DNA of 63,210 nucleotides, counting the filler, from Corallochytrium limacisporum Hawaii (Eukaryota > Protista > Pluriformea), in the NCBI GenBank assembly GCA_002811645.1. It is 5 parts of 5 records of this genome, joined end to end, with 100 filler letters (N's around TTAATTAATTAA, not from the genome) between each part and the next. Parts side by side here need not be neighbours in the genome. Positions count along the whole stretch, not along the records: positions 20,641 to 39,743 come from PDIP01000162.1; positions 39,844 to 52,061 come from PDIP01000118.1; 3 more parts are not named here. One strand, written 5' to 3'. Of the stretch, positions 34,090 through 44,860 are shown piece after piece. The translations under genes were made by a program, and so were the position numbers. Each line of letters starts with the position of its first letter. Position 1 is the stretch's first letter. The notes beneath the pieces were generated by a model. The model searched no databases. It was not told the DNA's origin and worked only from the letters and a program-made list of their open reading frames with translations.

Positions 34090-34628
34090 CGCGAGATGTC
34101 CTTTTCGTGAGTTCGCTAAAAATAGTGCCCCGCTCGTTGAGATTCTACAGTGGCCGTTACTCAGTCCCAGCATACTCATCAATCATTAGCAGCTCTTGTG
34201 TTTGGCGTACACAGTTGAGATCTAGCATGCGCGATGCTGGCAGTGTGTCACACTACTAAACTCTAGCTCGGATTATGGTCCTCGACGACATCCTATAGCA
34301 TACCAGAGATCTGCGGCGCTGTCCTGTTCTCTGAAGAGGCGGTCTGTTACTATATTTTGCGGTGTGTGTTTTCCTAGCCCAGTCTTTGTAGCACCGGTCC
34401 GATATCCCTCGGGTAGGCAGGTGAAGAGGGGCACGAAGGTGTGCCTATTGATGAAACAGAGGAAAACTGCGGAGCCAATTGTGCCACTCCGTAAATAGGG
34501 GCTCGGGGTCGGGTCCGTACGACGGCTGTACAGATAGCAAAAGGGATGATAACTTTGGCTGTCTTATATCTTGCATTGATTCCGATAAGGTACTTAAAAG
34601 AGCCAACTCCCAATATAGGATCGATCAT
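34090..34628 (-). pseudogene. Decayed protein kinase N-lobe/catalytic region (relic)
   Basis: Colinear kinase-like fragments: ILGVGSF (34616-34596), RDIGPVLQRL (~34409-34380), NIV (34356-34348), DLWY, MLGL, LNERGTIFSELT (~34141-34106, cf. LHERGIIYRDLK); stops and frameshifts throughout. Confidence 0.45.
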
Positions 34629-34700
34629 AGTGGACTAGCCATGGTAAGCACAGAGTAGCGAGTCTGATACTGCCGAAAGCACGCAATATAAATAGAAACG

Positions 34701-35489
34701 ATGAGTGAGTCTGTAGTACTCTTTGAGAAGCGCGGCCACGTTGCCATCTTTACCCTGAACCGTCCTAAGGACCGCAATGCGGTCAGCTATGAGGTATCGT
34801 CCACCTTTGAGAAGTACATGGACCAGTTCGAGGCTGATGATGACCTGTGGATCGGTATCCTCTGCGGCAAAGGTAAGGTCTTCTGTGCCGGAGCTGATCT
34901 GAAGGCTGTCAACAGTGGTGCTGAGATCATGACCGAGAAGGGCGGCTTCTGTGGATTCGTCAAGTATCCTCGTACCAAGCCTATGATTGCTGCCATCGAT
35001 GGCCCGGCCCTGGCTGGTGGCTGTGAGATCGCTTTGGCTTGCGATATGATCGTAGCTTCTAAGAACTCCTTCTTTGGTCTGCCGGAGGTAAAGCGGTCTC
35101 TGGTCGCCGCCGCTGGCGGTCTCTTCCGTCTGCCTCGCAAAATTCCCGAGAACGTTGCCTCTGAGGTTGTTCTGACCGGTGATCCCATCAGTGTGGACCG
35201 CATGTACCAGTTCGGTTTCGTGAATCGCCTGGTCGAGCCCGGCAATGCCTTCAACGAGGCCATGAAACTGGCCGAGACCGTCGTAACCAATGCTCCTCTG
35301 GCTGTACGTGAGTCCCGTATGATCATCTCCGACTACGTGAAGGGTGGCTGGACCGAGGATCAGGGATGGCAGCGCTCCACCGATGGTTTCATGACCCTGG
35401 TAGACACCGATGACTTCCAAGAGGGTCCTCGTGCCTTTGTCGAGAAACGTGCTCCCAAGTGGACTGGTAAGCGCCGTTCCAAGCTGTAA
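34701..35489 (+). CDS. Enoyl-CoA hydratase/crotonase with PTS1
   Basis: LNRP..RNA, FCAGADLK, KPMIAAIDGPALAGGCEIALACD, FGLPEV, EGPRAFVEKR; ends in SKL. Confidence 0.95.
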   Translation: MSESVVLFEKRGHVAIFTLNRPKDRNAVSYEVSSTFEKYMDQFEADDDLWIGILCGKGKVFCAGADLKAVNSGAEIMTEKGGFCGFVKYPRTKPMIAAIDGPALAGGCEIALACDMIVASKNSFFGLPEVKRSLVAAAGGLFRLPRKIPENVASEVVLTGDPISVDRMYQFGFVNRLVEPGNAFNEAMKLAETVVTNAPLAVRESRMIISDYVKGGWTEDQGWQRSTDGFMTLVDTDDFQEGPRAFVEKRAPKWTGKRRSKL

Positions 35490-36122
35490 ATGACCATTGT
35501 GAATACACTGTGTAACTTCTGTTGTTATCGTCATCGTATCTCTTTTTGCTGCACCCTATCAATGGTCCAATGCCTCGATCTCATTTGATGGCCAATAGTG
35601 CTTGCGATTGCTTTCTTCTCGGAATCTGGACTTCGTTCTGCCATTGTTTTTCGCGATATCTCGTAAGAACTCGCTAGCTCAATTTCGCTGGCAGTGTTCT
35701 TCATTGGGCACAAATGCCAACGAGGGCGTCCGCTTCCCCACACCCGAGCGGCCTCGTCCCACCGTTCACGGATGTAGGGCAACTCCTGGCGCTGACGCCA
35801 CCATCTCCGTTGTTCTGTCTCACTCACTTATCCAAATGGGAAAGGAAACTATTGGCCTGTGCGTTTATTACTGTGGTATTGATGATGTCGTCCGGAGGGA
35901 TGAGTGCGTGACAGGGATATCTGAACGCCCGGATGTCTTTGGGGTCCAATGGATGCGAAAGGGACAACTCAATATGATAATATCTACAGTTTTGAGTTGC
36001 CGTTATGTGATGTAGAATCCCTACTGAATGTGCCATGACCCGATGCTTGTGAAGCGATGAGGCCGGTCCGAATCTTACTTCGTTCGTGAGAGTGCGGTCC
36101 TGTGGCAAAGTAGTTGGCACTT

Positions 36123-37013
36123 CTATGCTGCTGTGCCTACGTACCCGGTGCTTTCGTACTCCATCTCCGGATCCGGTGTGACGAAGGACTCGGACTCGCG
36201 CAGCTTCAGACTGTCGTACCCTTCGATCTCGTTTTCCTCGTCATTGTTGCTCACACGGCGCCGGCTGGCGATCGCGAAGTACAGGATGAATGTCAGAATT
36301 ATGCCGGCTTGCATGTGAAAGCTAAAGAGAGCAGTGGTGGCCATGACCGTGCGGTCGCCGAATTCCCAGTGCTCGCTGAATGGGCCATGGAAGACTTCGA
36401 AACCGGTCTGAATGAAGAAAGTACCCAGCACCAACCAGGCAGTGTTCCTTGCCAAAGTCAAGATTAAGACCGTTGGGAATACAGCTTCCAGCAGGAATCC
36501 CACAACCATCAGAGCCAGCGGCACAAGCATCAAGCTGTGCATGTGCATCTCCAGGGCCTCGAAGGGACTCTCACCCGTCATGTTGGACTTATGCATAGAG
36601 AAGAGCACGTACATATTGTACCAAACAAAAGACAGGGTGCCCATAATCGCATACCTGGGAAGCTGGAACCACTGTCGCAAGATGGAGAGCGTGCAAGCAA
36701 TGAGAAGAGCCGAGTAGGTCGCAATATGGTGGTAGTTGTTTCCGGCCCGAGTCATGTTGCCATCCTTGTCCCACAGCCAAAGGTCGCCACTGGCCTTCTT
36801 CCCAGCACTTACAACCTCTCCCCATGAACCACCAATGCAGAGCAGGATGATGAAAACTTCTTCAGCATATTTGAAGCGACGGAGAGGATGGAAGAAGAAG
36901 AGAGCTTGGTGAGCTCCGTTCCTACGGAGGCGGACCAGAGTCATGATCTGCTGGTACAGAGCCACGAGGACGAAGCAGGAACCCGGAAAAACGTGTCCAA
37001 TCCAGGTACCCAT
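36123..37013 (-). CDS. TMEM45-family (DUF716) membrane protein
   Basis: N-terminal MGTWIGHVFPGSCF (TMEM45 consensus G.F.GH..PG.F), conserved His residues, GTFFIQTGF. Confidence 0.88.
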   Translation of the reverse strand: MGTWIGHVFPGSCFVLVALYQQIMTLVRLRRNGAHQALFFFHPLRRFKYAEEVFIILLCIGGSWGEVVSAGKKASGDLWLWDKDGNMTRAGNNYHHIATYSALLIACTLSILRQWFQLPRYAIMGTLSFVWYNMYVLFSMHKSNMTGESPFEALEMHMHSLMLVPLALMVVGFLLEAVFPTVLILTLARNTAWLVLGTFFIQTGFEVFHGPFSEHWEFGDRTVMATTALFSFHMQAGIILTFILYFAIASRRRVSNNDEENEIEGYDSLKLRESESFVTPDPEMEYESTGYVGTAA

Positions 37014-37130
37014 GGTGAGAATGACTTATGTCACCGGTGCTGGTTGTGTGGTTGCTCCCTCAAGTGACTCCTTGAAAGTTCAATGGACAGTAACAGTGTT
37101 GCTACAGTATTTCCGCGTGAAAGGTGGACG

Positions 37131-40100
37131 TGTAATGTGTATCAAGCTGTGACTCTGATGGTGTCGACAGCGGACAGAGAAGCATAATATAGAGCTAACA
37201 CGAACAGCTAATCACTTGTATGCATGGCGGATGCCAAATACCAGTGCTGGCCAATATAACTTGGCCGTTGATCAGAACGAGCCGATAGTTCATTTGGCGA
37301 GTCTGCGGAAGAAGGAAGCTAGCGTTGTGCAACAACTTGAGCTCTGCTAAGAAGAGTGCTTATACGATTTGAGGGTATTACGCGACCTGAAATCCTTTGC
37401 AAAGAGACGTCCTGAACACACCGCAGTGCAGTAATGGATTGAGAGGTGCACGGTTGATGAAGGGGTGGGCTGGTCACTGCCACCTCAGTGCGGCTGTGCA
37501 GCCCCTTCGATCACACCCCCATCTCCCCCCACCCCTTTCGCGGGGCTCCTAGAGAATTCAACCCAAAGCTCGGCGCAGACAGACAAAGCGACCAAAGAGA
37601 AAAACTCTTGTTCCCCGCAACGCTGCAAGAGGAAACTAACTCCGTGACAAGCCCGCTGTTGCCCGATGATGCGGCATCTCCGTAGTGAATATACTGGGCA
37701 TGTTGGTCCTCCGACTACACCTTTCGAAGAAAAAAACCTGCGGGGCAACTGACAAGCAGGAAGGTAGGCAACACCAGAGTGTGCACCGGTGTCGCGGTTG
37801 GTCGTTTATCCCTCCCTGGCTCTCGCGCACCCTCTCCCCAGCCCACACCGCCCTCCCCCCCCTTTACCTCCCCCCAACCCTCTCCGACGGACCGCCAACA
37901 CTTCCTTCCGGGTCCACATTCGCTCGCGGAGGGTGGTAGGGGAGACAGTCATCAACTTTCGATCTTCAGAGGCGGTACTGAAAAGACAAGTGATTCCTTG
38001 GTGAAGAATACCGTCTGACGTAAAAAGTGAATCTTCTTGCCTCTGTTGGGGTCGCTCATCGCCGTGCGCTGTTCCATTGCTTTTTCTTGTGGTCAGCCAT
38101 CCCCAACCGCTCCGAGCCCTCACCAGAGGGGCAGGATGTCGGTGTAGTCCATCCTGGCCTGACACGTTGCCATCTACATCTTTCCCATAGTGAAGGAATT
38201 CCATAATTTTCTTATGTGTGTACCGAGGAATTAATGCGTTCATGTCCGTCTGTTAGTTCGGAACACGAGAGCATCTTGTTGAAGCCAACAATATAACAGC
38301 ATATCAGACAGTGAGCTACCAAGGAAAAGCAAGCAACACGTCCCAAAATATAGGGTGATGGGGAGGACAATGGCACCAACTGTACATCAGCTCATCACAG
38401 CGCTTCAAGCGAAAGTGGAAGTTTACCTGTGCCTTTGACCTAATTCGGCAACGGTAGAAAAAGTGCTGCCCAAGGTTCGGCCGTGAACCGGTACCACCCT
38501 CTAACACGGAGGAAAGGAAGAGGGTGTGGAACAACTCATTCCTCAGCTTCTTTGTTATTTTATGACCACTCACTCAGAAATACCGAACTCAGATTAGCCA
38601 AATTCAACCATCTGTGTAAATCCCACAAACCCCCCAATGGGTGCTCTGCACTGTATCCAGAAACGTGAATACGGTTGTTGTCTGCTCGCTCCAACCGATT
38701 GGAAGGACAGGTCCCAGTGCAGGGACGCCACCTGAAAACTCTTTTGCTTTCATCTGGATCAGATCCTTAATGGACATAGATCATCGCCTGTTGATGTCGG
38801 CGTCTACAACAAACAAATTGGCATCGTTGGAACGCTAAGAGGACAGTCGCGCACAATAAGCTCGCACAGAGCACCAGCAGCGACATTGAGAAATAGTTTG
38901 TACGCAAGGCAGACTTACTGACCAGAACACTTACAGTGGAACCGCGATCAACTCCTGGTTTCCTCCGAAATTAGAAGTAATCGACACAGGGCAAAAAGAT
39001 AACCAGGGACGTGACCATAGAAATATGTGGAACAACTCCCCATACACTCAGAGGTTCGACTTGTAACAACCTATCGGTTGTATTTACACGCCACGAGGAA
39101 AAAATCTGCGCCCACGGAATCTGTCTTATCTCCGTTAATGGGATTCCCCTCACCTCTCATGAGATTGTATAGTTCTAAACATACGTTGGCCACCGGCTAC
39201 ACCTCTGCTGTGGATTTTAAATCATCCAAGGAGGAACGAACACTGACCTGGAACCTCCGATAAAACCCTGCCAACAACGCAGAACCGGGCCCCCCCCCCG
39301 GGGGCATACAATGGCGTGTCAACCAAATCCAATCGAAAAATAGCATAAAACGCCAAAGGGCGCCTCCAGGGAAATTCCCCGCTTTGCTTCGCATACAAGC
39401 ACGGCTGCGTTATGCTGCATGGAGAAGGTGCCCTCGGTCCCATTCTTTGCGGCTCGGGCGGGAGGAGCGAGGGGGTCTACTCCTAGCGAAGCAGAGCCAA
39501 ATGCTGCGGGGGACGGAACAAGAATGTTGCAAATATAACCGGTACTGACAGGACCACCAATTTATTTACCACCAGTGCTGGAATGCCCAGAATGCAAAGG
39601 CTTCTCCATTTCGAATGCGAGACCGCGCCTGAGTTTGATAAATGTTTGTCCACCCCCACCCCCACTCCCCAAATCACATACCAACCTCTGCCCCATAAGT
39701 TAAGGAGGAATCTGCCTAAAAACATGCACCGTAATATAAGGAGNNNNNNNNNNNNNNNNNNNNNNNNNNNNNNNNNNNNNNNNNNNNTTAATTAATTAAN
39801 NNNNNNNNNNNNNNNNNNNNNNNNNNNNNNNNNNNNNNNNNNNCCTCACTCTTATTATCACTCTCATTCTCACCCTCCGAAAGCAGTTCACGACTGTGAT
39901 CTTAACTATTGAACACCGCTGCTGCCTAATGTAGTTAGCCGTGGAAGTTAAGCCCTAGAAAAGGTAGGGGATGTCTCTGTTTTTGGTAAGAATTCCTCGC
40001 GCGACTGGCCGGGTCCGAGCCGGGGCTTCCAATCGCTGCAGTCGGTGAGGGAGGTGTAGGAACTCTCCGGCAGAGCATAAATGTCCCGCAGGTGGTGAGG

Positions 40101-42065
40101 CGGCTCTGCGACACACGTTTGCTTCATGCTCCTCTATGGTATTTGAAAGCTGTCGTAATTGTTTAGGTAGCTAAAGTGTTCGGGAATGTGACTCTCTCAG
40201 ACCGCAGAGTTGGTAATCTCCTGTTCTACCTACGGAGCACCGCATGTATGTGGTTTTGAATGCGTTTGGCACTTGTGCAGAGTTTAGCGGAACTATATCA
40301 CATGCAAATGAGCATCACTTTTTCAGGGCCGGATTGCTTTGGGAATCTAATGCACCATTCCTCGATTGTACTGTTGCAAAGAGATGGCCGCGTTTACGTA
40401 TGATTATGTTAAGGAATTTCAACACTACTCTACTTACATGGCGCATTTCTCAGGCTTACCCTTACATGGCTTGTTAAATACCACGGAGCAAGACTCCACT
40501 AGAAATTCAATGCCATACTACTAGTGGCCCACATGATTCTGCGGAGCAACTTGTCGCGTCCTATTCCAAGTACCTTGTATACCTGGTTTGATCGTAGTGA
40601 ACTAATTGTGATAGGCGTTTTCTAGTAACGAATATGGAATGGTTAAGGAGATGACTTGTCCTGCCACTCGCGGGTTGACGTACAAGAATGGCAACTGTTG
40701 TGCACTGTGTTTCCCAACGCGCAAGGCTGGAATCAACAGTGGCAGATGCGCTATCGCTGTAGTACGACACATGCTTTCTTCCCCGGTGTAAAGGTGCGAC
40801 ACAAGAAATGTAAACTGCAACGGACTACTCAGTATTCTAAGGAAGAGTTGCAACCCAACGATGGACTCAGGCAAACCCAAGCTTGATCTGAAGTAATAGT
40901 TGGCACACTCGCACGCGAGCAATGTAGACGCGCACGACTGCAGAGACTGCAATACTATTTTTTCCTGTAAATAAACACTACATTCTGGTGTGTGACGCGC
41001 ACTCATGTTGTCCCCACCTTCCCCCTAACCCCAAACCCTGAGTCACATTTCACCTTCCTGACTGGGCCACATATTTCTTTTTGGCAACTTGCAAGCACAC
41101 ATTCTGTGCGCGGAGTTGGGTTGGCACGTTCCGTTTCGATACGGAGAGGCCACGCCGGGTACCAGCTGAGGTGGTCGAGGCGTCAGGACCGTACGAAGGG
41201 CCTCAGGAGAGGGGAGGGGGACTCGTAAAGCCCTCTTGCAATGGCGAATTGGTAGTAGCAAGTATAAATATACCCCTGGACTGACCCCATGTTCCTTATC
41301 TCGTTCTCAATGTCTTTGACTGCCGGAATCAACAAGACTGGGGGGAATTAGTTGCTTATGATTAGGGCAGCAGGGCGTCTCTTTTTCTCCAACAGATCCG
41401 CCGCTCCGCTACTCATGGAGCCGTACTGATGCTACTTTAGTCCACATACAGTTGCGACCGTACTGGTCGTGCAGTGTGGAACGGTAAGAAAATGGAGGGA
41501 GGAGCACAACAGCAGGCCGGCGATATACTGGTGTTGGCTTTTCTCACAGCAAACCGTCAGCACAACGACGGGCTAGGCCAAGAAGCAAAGCGCCACCAGT
41601 TCCAGCAATCTCGTGCTAAAATAATCTTCCTGCGTTTGTATTTCCTGTGGTTTTCTAAGTATTTTTCCTCCTTCAGCCCTTCCCAGAAAATGAACACAGG
41701 CGCCCTGGACACTGCAAACTGTTTTCCGCGCCTGTTTTTATTGCAGATTCGCCTTTCATTTTGGGGTGTTTTACCAGTGCGTAATTAATGCTTCAATGGG
41801 TTCGGAGCAAAAGCGAGGAAGAAAAGATAACATTTGGAAACACTGGTAGGGAAGTGATAGTGGGTGTGTTATGGGAAGAAGGGGGGATATAGTAGTATGT
41901 GTGGGTGTGATGTGATAGTGTCGTGCTGCAATAGAAAAAATCTCAGGGGCCGTATGGCTGTGGATGGCCCTTGTGTTGTGATGATTGACAAAGAACCCTG
42001 TCAATTGGATTTACCCTGACATTCCAGGAAAGTCATTTGATCACAATTTTAATGGGGCCGACAAG
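37131..42065 (+). mobile_element. Fossil Ty3/gypsy LTR retrotransposon
   Basis: Colinear relics: TGTAAT start 37131; CA-tt-TGGCGAGTCTGC PBS 37295; knuckle-like GRTG.SA.D 38701; VIDTG 38977; GPPIYLPP 39551; KQFTT/DL 39881; RIP.GL..FQ 39989-40032; VASYSKYL 40553; VADALS 40739; H.SP..GH 41044; TANRQHNDGL 41546; PPT 41873-41887. All by-eye translations across frameshifts. Confidence 0.65.
39744..39843. other. Artificial contig spacer
   Basis: 44 N + TTAATTAATTAA + 44 N. Confidence 0.98.
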
Positions 42066-42260
42066 AAGTGCTCTATGGGAGCTAGTGTGTAACGTTCCCT
42101 AAGAGGTCGAATCCTACAAAAGAAATCTCGGTCCTTTGACTAATTTTTCTGGAACCGAAGTAATCTTCTTTAGGGATAGACAAAAAGTGATTCCTCCCAA
42201 ACCAGACCAATAGACAAAACGACAGATTGGTTTCTTTCGTATTTTACCAGTCGTAGTAGA

Positions 42261-43469
42261 ATGACAGACTCGGCTGGAGCCTTGGAAGCCGTCCAGAACT
42301 GGTTTTCACAGCTGGACGGTGCCGATGCAATCACGGTGGCCGTGATCTGCCTTTACCTCATACCGTTGGCTAATCGTAGATACCGGGAGACATGGTGGCG
42401 CCAGAAATTCGGTGTGCATCGCATTTTGGGGCAATTTTTCCTTCTCCAGTATGCGCTGGCTTGGCGAAGCTTCTTGCGGAATCCCATGACCAAGGGTGAG
42501 GATCCTCTGCGTTTCATGCTCCTGGCCGGCACCGGATTTAGCTTGGCTTCAAGCGCAGCTTTTTACTTCCGATTCTTGCCCAAGAAGGACGATCCTGGCT
42601 ACTTTGGTGACAAGGGAGTGCTATCCCGTAATTTTGTCACTGAAAATATTTTCTACCAAATGATGGTTTTGTTTGGTGCTTCCTACTATTCCAACATTGT
42701 AATGGAGAACTTTTACCATGCGGAGAGTCCACAGTGGCTCAGTATTCTCGGCCATGGCATGGAAGCTCTGTATGTCTTCTTCCCATACTCCATCCTCCGA
42801 CCACTGTTCCCAACAACGCGCATGAGCATCGCTAATGCCACTGGCAAAAGCCGCAGTGAGGCTAACACGGTGTGGTACCAACGGGCAACCCTTTTTATCA
42901 AGATTGCGTATCTGTTTGGCAAGCATTTCGGGCTCTTTGTCAATTACGCGCGTTACCTGAATCTCTTCCAACCCGAGGATCTCATGTGGCTACGGTTCTT
43001 CTGGTTGACCAATGCGGGCACCGTGAGCATTGCTGTGTTCCTGCACACCCTGCGCTTCAAGGGTTTGCTGCCCCCGAAAGTCGCATTCTCCATTTACACC
43101 ACCCTGTTTTATGCGGCTGCCATTCCGGTTTACCAGGGTCTGATTCCGTTCCTGTTGGAACACATGCGGCTTTTCTATGTAATGGCCTTGGGGCTTGCAG
43201 TAAATATGCAGCGTGATAATGCGGCGATGAATGCTTGGTACGTATCTGTAGCCATCCTGCTGACACATGTGCTCGACCATGGCCGTGTGTCTCTGGACGA
43301 CTTTTCCTCTGAGGTCTGCTACGGAGCCCTAACGTTGACGGCTGCTGCTTGCATCGCTTTCGGTCGTGTGTACGCCAAGGCAGCAAAGTTGGGAAACCAT
43401 CCCCTGGTCAAAGAAATGGTTACAGAGAAGGAACCTACGGCCAACGGTCAGAAGGAGAAGGCGCAATGA
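42261..43469 (+). CDS. Uncharacterised polytopic membrane protein
   Basis: 402-aa ORF with many TM segments and conserved-looking blocks (HRILG, FLPKKDDPGYFGDKG, ENIFYQ, FLHTLRFK); C-terminal KxKxx. Confidence 0.85.
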   Translation: MTDSAGALEAVQNWFSQLDGADAITVAVICLYLIPLANRRYRETWWRQKFGVHRILGQFFLLQYALAWRSFLRNPMTKGEDPLRFMLLAGTGFSLASSAAFYFRFLPKKDDPGYFGDKGVLSRNFVTENIFYQMMVLFGASYYSNIVMENFYHAESPQWLSILGHGMEALYVFFPYSILRPLFPTTRMSIANATGKSRSEANTVWYQRATLFIKIAYLFGKHFGLFVNYARYLNLFQPEDLMWLRFFWLTNAGTVSIAVFLHTLRFKGLLPPKVAFSIYTTLFYAAAIPVYQGLIPFLLEHMRLFYVMALGLAVNMQRDNAAMNAWYVSVAILLTHVLDHGRVSLDDFSSEVCYGALTLTAAACIAFGRVYAKAAKLGNHPLVKEMVTEKEPTANGQKEKAQ

Positions 43470-43711
43470 AGAAAACAACCTTAATGCGAGCGTCGAAAGC
43501 AAAGAGAGAACGCTACTAAAGGCAATCTTTGTAACATTGAAAATAGACAAAAAGGATTTCAAATGGAAATCACTAATGTATTGTGAATGATATGGCTACA
43601 AGTTCTTGCTTGACAAAGGTGAATCATGGATGTGGAGACAGTGATGTTTCTAACATGAGCAATGCTATGAAATTGGTGAAGACACATTTACACGTTCCGC
43701 GTATAGACTTC

Positions 43712-44353
43712 TTACGATGTCTTCTTGGCGGGCTGGAAGTTAGTAAACACGGCTCGGAGCATGGTCGCCGCCTCTGGGTCCTCACTCACAGCTCGTTTCT
43801 TGGGATCGTGCCCGAAACGTTCAAGGACTTCCGATGGCGGGATAGTCTTGCCCTTCAATTTTCCCTTGATTTCCTTCATGACTAGATACACAATGATGGT
43901 TGCGTAAACCTGTCCTTTAACCATGAACCGGTGCCGACAGTAAAACCACTTCTCATCAAAGTCCAGCACGTCGGTGAGCACATCATACTGTTGGTACGGA
44001 TTCAGCTGACGGTGGAAGAAACACATCTCTCCACCGTTGGCAAAGGTCATCTCCTTGATGAAACCAGTCCCAAATAGTGCTTGAAAATGCTGGAAGCGGG
44101 GCAAATCTGCATTCTTGAAGTACATACCATTGTTCATGTGGATCTGCTGGTCGAGGTCATCCATCTGAACTCGAAAGGTATGTTTCACAGGCTCATCCCA
44201 ATTCGTTAGGCGTTCCTTGCGACGAGACCACAACCCATACAGAACATGAATGTGGTATAAGCCGGGAAGGCTCCAGAAGTTCAGCAAGGCGACCGCTAAG
44301 ATCACCCACCCAAGCAGGCTCTCAGGGAGCAGAGAGTCGGGAAAGATTTGCAT
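43712..44353 (-). CDS. THEM6-like hotdog-fold thioesterase
   Basis: DLD...HMNNGMY...D..R, F...L..YQ.Y.....L.FDEKWFY..HRF; N-terminal TM; ends KKTS. ATG at 44353. Confidence 0.88.
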   Translation of the reverse strand: MQIFPDSLLPESLLGWVILAVALLNFWSLPGLYHIHVLYGLWSRRKERLTNWDEPVKHTFRVQMDDLDQQIHMNNGMYFKNADLPRFQHFQALFGTGFIKEMTFANGGEMCFFHRQLNPYQQYDVLTDVLDFDEKWFYCRHRFMVKGQVYATIIVYLVMKEIKGKLKGKTIPPSEVLERFGHDPKKRAVSEDPEAATMLRAVFTNFQPAKKTS

Positions 44354-44499
44354 GGCTGACAAAGACTGTCCACCCCTTCATCAAGTTTACAATTCTCCGC
44401 GCAGAGATTCAGCCCCATTCATCCTAATAAAAGAATGACATGCTCTAGCTAGTATACCTTGGATGGCCCTATACAGTAGTTCTTCCATACTCCACTTGG

Positions 44500-44860
44500 G
44501 TATGTGACACATATCGGTGGTCTTCGAATCTTTCCTCTGGAGGAGTCACAGGACCAAACCAATACTACGCTGCCATCGCGATCTCTCAATGCAAAAGAAT
44601 CGATGGGCGCAGATTCATATTATCATATCCGGATATTTCGTTTCCGTCATGCTTCCCACCTGCACCAGGTCAAATAGTGAAAGTACTAAACATCGGCGAT
44701 CAGGTGATTGATAGCGAGCAGTATGTCTCACCTGTGGTCTACCTCGCGCCGACCCTTCGGTAAAATCCGGACGAATGTTCTGAGTACCACTGGTACTAAA
44801 TCACCTGATTTTTGCACTTTCGTGTTCCGTTCTTGATTGGGTCCCCCTCCTTGTTCTCTG
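44500..44860 (+). pseudogene. Decayed protein kinase catalytic core (relic)
   Basis: IGGLRIF, KPI..HRDL (44574-44585), VIDSEQYVSP (~44704-44733), SVKS/D (44757-44772), GPPP; spacing fits kinase subdomains VI-IX. Confidence 0.45.

Noticed and set aside
32358-35534. Long antisense ORFs (308 aa and 299 aa) over HSD17B10 and the crotonase
   Set aside because: Mirror frames typical of codon-biased genes; no motifs of their own.
35531-36120. Possible Ulp1-like relic (LIPPDDIINTTVINA, RWHLC) in an oversized convergent gap
   Set aside because: Only two weak fragments; not enough colinear motifs.
39369-39378. Perfect NF-kB-type site GGGAAATTCC
   Set aside because: A single 10-mer inside a TE relic; compatible with chance.
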